DNA from: Phycisphaerae bacterium
GTDB lineage: Bacteria > Planctomycetota > Phycisphaerae > FEN-1346 > JAACEH01
Direction: 5' to 3'
DNA length: 64,000 bases
Assembly (NCBI GenBank): GCA_041690105.1
Contig: JAWLHX010000001.1
Span: forward strand, 14,939-78,938
Shown: positions 57,901-64,000 of the stretch, in pieces
Position numbering within the stretch: position 1 is the first letter of the stretch
Layout of the letters: every line of letters starts with the position of its first letter
The notes under the pieces: model-generated
Seen by the model: only the letters and a program-made list of their open reading frames with translations
What the model was told of the DNA's origin: nothing
Database searches by the model: none
Program-made: the position numbers and the translations under genes

Positions 57901-59339
57901 CCTTCAGGAAGCGACGCGATTAGGAGCCAATGTGCTCGACCAAAGCTAGGCTCTTGTTCACACAACTGCCTCGCCAGCCCGTGTGCAATTGGGTACTCTC
58001 TTCGGAGAACATAGGCCATTATCCGAAAAGCGAGAGCGTCGCGAGTGTCTCGAAGCGCTGCCGCCTGAAGGTACTGCTCTGCCGCTTTGTCCATCTCACC
58101 CATGCTGTAATAAGCATTCCCGATATTGGCGCGAACGCGATACTTGAGCCTTGGTGTAAGCCTATTTCCCTCACGCTGCTCAATCCTTTCGTATAGCTCG
58201 ACGGCCGTGTGCGGTTCCCCGCGTTTCACGTAACGGAAGATCTCATCGATCTCCGTGTCAACTGGGGTCCGTTCATTACCAGCGACGTCTGACCCAGCGG
58301 ATTGCCCCTGCGATGAAGCCAAAGCACTCCAGCTTCTGCCTGTCGCGTTCTGAATTGCGCCCGTCACGGCGCGCTGGGCTTCCGCCAATATAATTGGGCT
58401 GTCCTTGATCACGTCCTGAAGCGCGGCTACGGCCATCGTCTGAGCAACTCGTGCGACTTCCTCGCCGTCGGAACGTACAGCCCGGAGTCGTTCGACATCC
58501 AGTCGCAGTTGAGCCATGAAAGGAATAATTGCTTCATGGTTTCCCGACTTTGGATAGAAGATAGGACGAATCCTGTATCGCCGCTCGATTCGCTCACGGA
58601 GGGCCGACTCCTCGCCCGCCGCGGGCTGCTCCAATAGAGCAAAATGTTTCGGTTCCCCCTCACCCAACACTGCCGCCACGAAACGCAGGGGCTCAAGGTC
58701 ACTTTCGTTCATGCCACAGCCGATAAACACGCATCGACACACTGTAAAGATGGTAGCCAACGAGTGGCGGGCTAAAGTTTCTCGATGGTACCTGCGATTG
58801 TAGTCATCGAGAGTCAATATGATGCCCGAGGACTTGCCGACCGAACCATGCACGTGTACCACGTTTCTGTCAGCGATACGAGAAGTCAGGTTGTCCAGGA
58901 ATTGCCGAAGGAGGGCTTCTTCCTGAAAATCGAAATGCCGGGCCTCAAGCCCAGCGACCTCCAGGTGAGCGGCTTCCAGAACGTAATCATAGTTGAACGT
59001 CAGGTAATGGGTGAAAGGCAGCCGCAAGAGGTCGCGGTGGAAATCACTTAGACGGGCCTTCGCGGGTGCAAATATGCCTGCAACCATAGCCAGCAAAGCA
59101 TCGCGCCCCAGTAGTTCTTCACAGCAGGCTGCCTCGACCAATGCGTCTTTGCTCTGTCGAAGCGATGCTAGCCTCAGGGCCGCTTCCGGATGAGTCCGGA
59201 GTATCTCGCCGGAAATGAACTTCAACAAACCATCCCAAGAGGGATAGCCAGCACCCATGCTGCTCCCTGCGCCAACCATGGCGATGGCGCCATTGGCAAT
59301 CGCCTGCACCAGGCTCTCGTAGTCTTCTCGATTCTGCAT
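54969..59339 (-). CDS. 1456-aa SIR2-like (SIR2_2) - TPR array - GreA/B C-terminal-like - PIN-like protein; candidate single-gene anti-phage defence system carried by the prophage
   Basis: aa 1-230: GAGSSMGAGYPSWDGLL, THYLTFNYDYVLEAA, VVHVHGSVGKSSGIILTLDDY (SIR2_2 signatures TxNYD and HxHGS). aa ~300-950: TPR-like repeats. aa ~970-1035: EYAPDHGLAEAMLGKAVGETFSFQGHDYKIISIE (GreA/B-C FKBP-like motif). aa ~1140-1400: CIVLDETAIASLFLLG...LWTDDLVVAV (PIN-like acidic residues). Arg-rich C-terminal tail. No P-loop. Confidence 0.75.
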   Translation of the reverse strand: MQNREDYESLVQAIANGAIAMVGAGSSMGAGYPSWDGLLKFISGEILRTHPEAALRLASLRQSKDALVEAACCEELLGRDALLAMVAGIFAPAKARLSDFHRDLLRLPFTHYLTFNYDYVLEAAHLEVAGLEARHFDFQEEALLRQFLDNLTSRIADRNVVHVHGSVGKSSGIILTLDDYNRRYHRETLARHSLATIFTVCRCVFIGCGMNESDLEPLRFVAAVLGEGEPKHFALLEQPAAGEESALRERIERRYRIRPIFYPKSGNHEAIIPFMAQLRLDVERLRAVRSDGEEVARVAQTMAVAALQDVIKDSPIILAEAQRAVTGAIQNATGRSWSALASSQGQSAGSDVAGNERTPVDTEIDEIFRYVKRGEPHTAVELYERIEQREGNRLTPRLKYRVRANIGNAYYSMGEMDKAAEQYLQAAALRDTRDALAFRIMAYVLRREYPIAHGLARQLCEQEPSFGRAHWLLIASLPEGTSLEEAESLIPDALLNDAEVAGALGGLAFEQDLVEKAVEYGRRAVHGAPEWPYGLVNLSGALLKRERLRALPDVDRGLIPESRESMQEAESLLNEAIQLIPASDPAKLLPAAYLNRASARRLLGKTTEAGEDIRESHRRNPGEPEIAVVMAAMLDHEGHRDQAIALLESLPALASHQRASFLLAVLLRERGTDGDRKKAVAVLQPWMQRLPALSESDRSDVVGLLAMLFSDLAQPQDARNAVESVPQELLDSGCRETILARILFNAGDKEGARSALGLAITQLMDRGVWEYRREAAILAHSLGDYQLSLLLWRTIVTPKLFNSDTQRALVTARLAQDDGYILTLCRALRANGIVTRHVYESEADVLIRCHEHREAISLMQEWLTAHPDDKIMRLNLSSLAIERNFPELVETDAVKLPSVSELTAAEAGAVVYHVLRHGPDAMLAANYAYDLWRKFPDVQAAQHTLIRAVLDPSPGKPTFAPPERIDADSSVRYQEVASGRLLVAVIEPGLTPSVTRHEYAPDHGLAEAMLGKAVGETFSFQGHDYKIISIESKIVYRARECLEGFEEAFPNNPSIRRFTVSPNLGTIAEPKAALGEVYQYLEEEHERQTAVEGLYAQQGIPIASVAQLLGRSVLETMGYLAESRHLGVRCSPEGEPLWQQSAIIVREANCIVLDETAIASLFLLGVHARLRDLPFRCIVTEASLHQLRELRSKHDPGTERAGYLGFHDGRPVFRESSREQEALWAAQLDELIITIAHDCEVVGGSAVLDLPHDQRTALTRMLGAGAVHAIAIARQRKAPLWTDDLVVAVMAAQSWGVESVWTQSVLVSTARELGSTAVNEALGKAFSWGYVAPRLTADAAVYLFSEANWDGDREPAMRTIDFIAAVVPMNSQNCFLTSQLIAKIWFRCPKERQAAKLIEQLLERMPRALSGPVIARPVYRTPLNALPERSRRKWRRLSRFLRRWRCRRAKRKHRGR

Positions 59340-59425
59340 TGCTCGTTGATTATAGTGATGAAGCCAGAAATCAACAATACGAAGATGACAAAGTTCCGTA
59401 ACGTTGCCGTGCTACGCGTGCGTCC

Positions 59426-59446
59426 GCTGTTCGCTAACAGCGAACG
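59426..59446. promoter_or_regulatory. Palindrome ~90 bp upstream of the SIR2-TPR gene start
   Basis: GCTGTTCGCTAACAGCGAAC contains GTTCGCT-aac-AGCGAAC (7-bp arms). CGCTAAC is repeated at 59451. Confidence 0.25.
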
Positions 59447-59797
59447 TGCTCGCTAACCGCCATCGAGGAATTGGTGCTTCGAAGAGAGGTTCTCTCGGGC
59501 ACCCCAGCGAGAGGAAAATTGTTAACCCGAACCGGTGGCGGAAGAGAGCAAATGGAGAGTTCTCGCCGCTGTGGGCGGCCGTCGGGCGGGTACGAGCCTG
59601 GCGGGAAACGCTTCACCCCAAACAGAGAGCGCCGGGCATCGCGAGCCGGAACCGCCGTAAGCCTTTGCAACCAATAGGTTATAGCGATTCTGCTGCGGAC
59701 TATCGGGGACCCGAATACGAGCCAACACTAAAAGCCCACCATTGGTGGGCTTTTAGTGTTGGCTCCCCTATCTGGATGCGGATGTACGGCTCACCGG

Positions 59798-60376
59798 TTA
59801 ACGGCTCATAGGTGTCTCGAACTCTGCTACCAGAGCTTTAACCTGCTTGGCCAGCTGATCGACCGATTCCTGAAGCCGATTGATCGCCCCAAGCACCAAC
59901 AGCTGCTGTGCTTCTCCGTTTTCCATTCTCTGCCATATTCTGGCCAGTTCAGTTGAAAGGTCAAGCTGCGGAAACAGCGTCTTGATTGCCTCCAGTTGCC
60001 TGAGCGTCTGGCTGTCGGCCACGCTGGCGACGGCCTCGTGGCGTTCGTCGCGCGGCTCGTGCCGGTGGTAAGCATACTTATGCGGCGCTCTTTGTCGGAA
60101 CCAGGCGTGACGATTAGCCACATTCTGCGGCTTGAGGTGCGGCTGAAGCTGCGGGTGCTTCTCCAAAAGGGCTCTGCGGATCATCTCCAGCACCTTCGGC
60201 AGTGGCGGGCGGGGCTCCAGTTTCATGGCCGCCTCCCAAGTCCGCTCAAACACCAGATCCATCTGCCATGTCCAGTAAAGACGCCCGTCGCGGCCCACCT
60301 GCACAACGTTATTGCTGCCCATTGGTTCCCTCGTTTCTCGCGTCATGCGCAACATCGCCTCAACAACCAGGTGCAC
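59798..60376 (-). CDS. Hypothetical protein between terminase and defence gene
   Basis: 192-aa ORF with no recognisable domain; start uncertain. Confidence 0.4.
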   Translation of the reverse strand: MHLVVEAMLRMTRETREPMGSNNVVQVGRDGRLYWTWQMDLVFERTWEAAMKLEPRPPLPKVLEMIRRALLEKHPQLQPHLKPQNVANRHAWFRQRAPHKYAYHRHEPRDERHEAVASVADSQTLRQLEAIKTLFPQLDLSTELARIWQRMENGEAQQLLVLGAINRLQESVDQLAKQVKALVAEFETPMSR

Positions 60377-60437
60377 ATGAAGCCAAAAGGTTAAGCATTC
60401 ATCCAGTTAATTCCTGCAATAGCAGGCACTTATGTCA

Positions 60438-60635
60438 TTAATCCAGTATCCGCTCCGAAGTTGTCGCCCGCTGACCGCAGTAGCGGCAATGGCGATAACG
60501 GATAATGCGGCCGCTGGCCCGAGTGGTATGGTCCACGGGCATGTCGCGGCAGCCGCACTTGCGGCACTCCAGACCGCTGGTCTTCTCCGGCGGCCACTTC
60601 TTACGCGTCACATCTGACGTCGTCACCAAATTCAT
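60438..60635 (-). CDS. Cys4 zinc-ribbon protein (Ogr/Delta-like architecture)
   Basis: CRKCGC...x22...CRYCG; 65 aa. ATGA coupling to the terminase stop. Confidence 0.5.
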   Translation of the reverse strand: MNLVTTSDVTRKKWPPEKTSGLECRKCGCRDMPVDHTTRASGRIIRYRHCRYCGQRATTSERILD

Positions 60636-62917
60636 CTCCTCCTCAGGTCATCCTGCGTGTACCGCTTCCGCTGCCGCGCGGGTTTCTCTTCCATGCCCGG
60701 TGCCCGCACGCCGCACATCGAGGCCGCGGCGGCGCAGCCCACCAGGCAGTCGAACCAGTGGTTGTCGGGCTTGGATGGCCGTAGCGACCATTCATGCACC
60801 ACGCGACCATGGCCCTGCGTCTCGACCCACGTTTCGGAGTGAGCCACATGTTCGGCAAGCAACTCGTGATCGCGACCCTTGCGGCCGAAGATCGATAGCG
60901 AACCCGGATCGCCGGCGGCCGTGGCAAAGCCGCTGTGGACGAACGATTTCCAGTAGTTGACGTCCACCGCAACGTGCGGGAACTCAGCCGTCCTGCCGAC
61001 GTTCGGCACGTACCAGAAGTGACCGTGCACTTCGCCGGGCTTGCGGGCGTAAGTTGACATGGGCTTGCGGCCGCTCTTGATGCCCACGCCCTTGGAGAGC
61101 ATCATCACGGCTCCGCCGACCTTGTGCTTGGCGTCCGCCACGAGCCCCGGCTTGTACCCAATGTCCACCAGCAGCCGGTCGATTCTCGTCAAGCCATCGC
61201 CGCGCTTGAAGTCCCGCCCCAGTTGCGTGGAGATGAGCCGCTCCAGCCCGGCGCGTATGGCGCCGTCGCCGCCCATGCCCGGAAAGGCCCGCCCCAGCGT
61301 CCTGCGGGCCTGATACATGGTGAAGTAGCCCTGCGACTGCTCCGGAAAAGTGCCATAATCAACCACATAGCCGGTGAAATTCTCCTCCCAGGCGCAGATG
61401 CACCAGTAGAGCAGCTTTTCGTGGACGTCGATGAACATGGTCAGCCTGGTGGCCGCCAGCGGCACCTCGCCACGGGCTCGGCCGTTTATCTTCTCCATCA
61501 CCTGCTCGGGCCGCAGCAGATCGTCGTGCACCTGCTCCTGCATCGGCTCGTTCTGGTATTCGGCGAAGAAGGCCTCTTCGTCCCGCAGCTTCAGGTTCAT
61601 GGCGTGCTGCAGGGCCGAAAGTTCCTTCCTGGCGTCGAACCGCTCCGGCCAGGCAACCACGGCACCGGCGTCCATGGCCTCGCGATTGGCACGATAAAAC
61701 TCCGTTGCCTCGTCACCGCCATGACCCTGTCGCAGGCTATCGGCCCTGATCGTCGCGTACTGCTGCCACAGCCGTTCGTTTGCGGGGAAGCTATAGATCA
61801 GCTTGGTGCATTCAGCCTGCCATTCCGGGCACTTCTCGTGATCAAGCACCTGGTCGGCGAGGTCGGCTTCATAGATCTTGGTGCAGGTCAGCACACCGGC
61901 GATCTCTTCGCCGGGCCCGGCCAGACCCAGCACGTCACCGTTCAGCAGCTGCAGGCGATACTTCGTCTGAGTCGGCGAGCGGGCCGACTGCCGTGTCTGC
62001 GGATCATCCAGCAGCACCAGCGAGGGCCGAATAGTCGAGCCGTCCATGCGGGTATGCTGCTGGCCGCGCATGTTGGCGTCGAGGCTGGTGATGGTGATGA
62101 TCGAGCCGCTTGATGGGCTGGTCTCCATTCCCGCCTCGCGCAGGGCCTGCGGCAGGTGTTCGGCCTCCACGGTCGGAAAGACCAGCTTGTCCTGACCCCA
62201 CAGGAGGTGCGTCAGACGCCCACGGATGTGCTGCTGGAGTTGCCGCTTTGATGAATTCTCGAGGCTGCGCAGCGGATAGACCGCCTCCGGGAAGTCAGCC
62301 AGCAGGCCGGGATTCTCGAGGATATACTTCTTGATCGGCAGCAGCAGATCCTTGGCCCGCTCGTCCGAGCCACCGATCAGGCAGACAAACGGCCGGGAGC
62401 CGATCAGCACGGCCCACAAGGCCGAGAGGCGGGCCAGCGTCGTCTTGCCAGACCCACGCGGCATGGCGAAAGCGAACAACCCGCCATCCTTGACCGCCCG
62501 CTCGATCTTCGACAGCACCTTCAGATGGTCGTCGCTCCAGTTCCTGTAGAAAGCCCGCGGAAAATAGGTCTCGCAGAACAGACGCAACGAAGCACTTGTG
62601 GCCAGCCGCCGCTCATAGTCCTCGATCTCCGGGATGGGGAAGATGTCCTGGGCGGCCTTGGTACCGGCCCGGTTCTTTTCGGCCTGCCGCCGCCTGGCCT
62701 CCACGTAGTCGATGGGCCTTGTCCGCGGCCGGTCCAGTTCACGCGCCAGCCATGCGGCGTAGCGCACCAGGTGGATACGCTTTCCATCGCCCACACGAAA
62801 GGCAGCCTTATCCATCTGCCGGCGAAGGCGCGAACGATCTATCACCGTGCCCAGGGGCGTGGCGTTGACGATTTGCAGCAGTTCCGTCTGCGACAGGTTG
62901 GTCACATCAATCGGCAC
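60632..62917 (-). CDS. Phage terminase large subunit (GpA-like)
   Basis: Walker A-like FAFAMPRGSGKTTLARLSALWAV. The 761-aa size matches lambda gpA-type terminases. The N-terminal ~70 aa contain a Nu1-like wHTH (HLVRYAAWLAREL). Confidence 0.8.
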   Translation of the reverse strand: MPIDVTNLSQTELLQIVNATPLGTVIDRSRLRRQMDKAAFRVGDGKRIHLVRYAAWLARELDRPRTRPIDYVEARRRQAEKNRAGTKAAQDIFPIPEIEDYERRLATSASLRLFCETYFPRAFYRNWSDDHLKVLSKIERAVKDGGLFAFAMPRGSGKTTLARLSALWAVLIGSRPFVCLIGGSDERAKDLLLPIKKYILENPGLLADFPEAVYPLRSLENSSKRQLQQHIRGRLTHLLWGQDKLVFPTVEAEHLPQALREAGMETSPSSGSIITITSLDANMRGQQHTRMDGSTIRPSLVLLDDPQTRQSARSPTQTKYRLQLLNGDVLGLAGPGEEIAGVLTCTKIYEADLADQVLDHEKCPEWQAECTKLIYSFPANERLWQQYATIRADSLRQGHGGDEATEFYRANREAMDAGAVVAWPERFDARKELSALQHAMNLKLRDEEAFFAEYQNEPMQEQVHDDLLRPEQVMEKINGRARGEVPLAATRLTMFIDVHEKLLYWCICAWEENFTGYVVDYGTFPEQSQGYFTMYQARRTLGRAFPGMGGDGAIRAGLERLISTQLGRDFKRGDGLTRIDRLLVDIGYKPGLVADAKHKVGGAVMMLSKGVGIKSGRKPMSTYARKPGEVHGHFWYVPNVGRTAEFPHVAVDVNYWKSFVHSGFATAAGDPGSLSIFGRKGRDHELLAEHVAHSETWVETQGHGRVVHEWSLRPSKPDNHWFDCLVGCAAAASMCGVRAPGMEEKPARQRKRYTQDDLRRR

Positions 62918-63107
62918 AAGCCATCTCCTTGTTCAGCCAGGCCACGTACTGCACCAGGTTGAGCCTTCCGTCAGGCCCAAGCGGCAGACCACGAGCCACG
63001 TGCTCGCGCACCTTTTCCACAGGCAGAGACAGCAGCCTGGCCGCCTCTTCCATGGTCAGTCCGGCCGGGTTGATGCCGCCCGGCACCGCGGCGATTTGCT
63101 TGCTCAC
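62907..63107 (-). CDS. Nu1-like winged-HTH protein (small terminase N-terminal domain-like)
   Basis: MEEAARLLSLPVEKVREHVARGLPLGPDGRLNLVQYVAWLNKE resembles lambda Nu1 (...PVLRGGGKGNEVLYDSAAVIKWY). Confidence 0.5.
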   Translation of the reverse strand: MSKQIAAVPGGINPAGLTMEEAARLLSLPVEKVREHVARGLPLGPDGRLNLVQYVAWLNKEMACAD

Positions 63108-63244
63108 TTCACACCTCCGCAGCCTTCAGCGGCTGCATACAGTAATTGTGATGTTTTCTGTGGATTGGCCTTGCTTCCCGCGCAGGTTGAGGTAAATGAC
63201 ACACATCCAAAGCGACGTACGCAACAGCCACAGGAGCCACACGA

Positions 63245-63433
63245 ATGAAAACACGCAAGACAACATACATCGGCCAGCGAGCCAGAATCGTCCGGGCCTT
63301 CCAGAACCACGACGGGCAGATGGCTTACGCCCTGAAGACGATGAGTGAGACCATCGCCTTGAGCAAGGACAAGACGCTGCTGATTGATATCGCCGAGGCC
63401 CGCTACCTCGAATTGATCGACATCGCCGGGTAG
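63245..63433 (+). CDS. Small plus-strand phage gene (hypothetical)
   Basis: ORF only; divergent from the structural module. Confidence 0.3.
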   Translation: MKTRKTTYIGQRARIVRAFQNHDGQMAYALKTMSETIALSKDKTLLIDIAEARYLELIDIAG

Positions 63434-63461
63434 CGCTCGGCCCCACCACCGGAGTACAAGA

Positions 63462-63713
63462 ATGAGAATCACCCGCATCGATATCGAAGGCAGCCCCGGC
63501 CACTACGCCACGCTGAGCCGCAAGGCTGACAGCGACCAGATCGAAGTCACCATCCTGACGCCCGCCCTGCAGCGCACCCACCAGGTGCAGGCCGACTGCC
63601 TCGAGGATCAATGGTCGATGGCCCAGTGCCTGCATCAGCATCTCGAAGGCACACCCGGCACCAACAGCGACATTAATGAGTACCACAGGACCCTCGCCCG
63701 CCTCGCCGACTGA
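63462..63713 (+). CDS. Small plus-strand phage gene (hypothetical)
   Basis: ORF only. Confidence 0.3.
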   Translation: MRITRIDIEGSPGHYATLSRKADSDQIEVTILTPALQRTHQVQADCLEDQWSMAQCLHQHLEGTPGTNSDINEYHRTLARLAD

Positions 63714-63727
63714 AAGGACTCTTTCCC

Positions 63728-63949
63728 ATGACCGAGCACGAGATGCAGACAGCCCTTAATGACCTCTTCGCCGAACTGATCCTCGCCACCGACTGTGATG
63801 AATTCCCCGACAACCTGCCCGAGGAGCTGCACGAAGTCGAGATGGTGCAGACATACGAGGAGGCGGGCCTGCTGACCAGCGACGCCGGCATCGTCCTCCG
63901 TATGAAATCAGGCGCAGAATACCAAGTCACCGTCCGGCGCAGCCGCTGA
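63728..63949 (+). CDS. Small plus-strand phage gene (hypothetical)
   Basis: ORF only. Confidence 0.3.
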   Translation: MTEHEMQTALNDLFAELILATDCDEFPDNLPEELHEVEMVQTYEEAGLLTSDAGIVLRMKSGAEYQVTVRRSR

Positions 63950-64000
63950 ATCCCGCACCATCTATTCATCCCTCCAGCCGTTCGCAATTCACCGCGAACG

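Larger units (their letters stand above)
37866..64000 (-). mobile_element. Siphovirus-like prophage (structural module complete; extends beyond window end)
   Basis: Minus-strand order: Nu1-like wHTH, GpA-like terminase, cargo, portal, protease-capsid fusion, DUF2190, adaptors, major tail, G/GT chaperones, tape measure, distal tail proteins. No integrase is seen. Confidence 0.7.

Noticed and set aside
55161-58196. Short plus-strand ORFs within the SIR2-TPR gene
   Set aside because: They are antisense to a long ORF whose domains are recognisable end to end.
1-64000. CRISPR arrays or cas genes
   Set aside because: No regularly spaced direct repeats of 25-40 bp were seen. The only notable repeats are the rhs 230-bp duplication, the 12-nt direct repeat at 28.7 kb and coding Pro/Gly tracts.

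Overview
High-GC (~60%) chromosomal segment, probably from a Planctomycetes-like bacterium, judging by DUF1573-type repeats, an rhs locus and a Pro-rich gsp operon. Five regions are visible.

- 1-13.5 kb: a DoxX/CxxC/DUF1573 fusion protein followed by a complete type II secretion (gsp) operon: secretin, ATPase, platform, five pseudopilins, GspC/L/M-like proteins and a TPR lipoprotein. The secretin gene is broken by a frameshift in a GA-rich tract.
- 14.3-26.5 kb: a truncated IS3 element, a 230-bp orphan rhs fragment, and a giant Sec-dependent RHS/YD-repeat protein (~2325 aa). Its C-terminal tip resembles zinc-dependent phospholipase C. A periplasmic lipoprotein immediately downstream is a candidate immunity protein. 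A large secreted helical protein lies upstream.
- 26.8-28.3 kb: a group II intron remnant. Its 5' GUGCG end and domain V are intact, but the reverse-transcriptase ORF carries an internal deletion and a stop. It is inserted about 25 bp upstream of an IS21 istA N-terminal remnant.
- 28.7-37.6 kb: a defence island. It holds an AlbA_2/Schlafen-HATPase regulator-like protein and an intact MmeI-family Type IIL restriction-modification enzyme. A second MmeI/PglX-like methyltransferase with a degenerate nuclease motif is translationally coupled to a small protein carrying a PD-(D/E)xK-like motif.
- About 37.9 kb to beyond the window end: a siphovirus-like prophage on the minus strand. Recognisable genes include a GpA-like large terminase, a Nu1-like wHTH protein, portal, a protease-capsid fusion, DUF2190, major tail protein, frameshifted tail chaperones and a TP901-type tape measure. 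No integrase is visible in the window.

The prophage carries two cargo insertions. One is a low-GC opposite-strand moron in the tail module. The other is a terminase-portal hotspot holding a secreted DNA/RNA non-specific endonuclease, a tRNA-like element, and a 1456-aa single-gene candidate defence protein. That protein has a SIR2-like (SIR2_2) domain, a TPR array, a GreA/B-C-like domain and a PIN-like domain. I regard it as the most interesting, possibly undescribed system in the window.

All calls rest on reading the translated ORFs and the DNA directly; no database searches were run. A few coordinates may be off by one, because one line near 23.9 kb is inconsistent with the ORF track.
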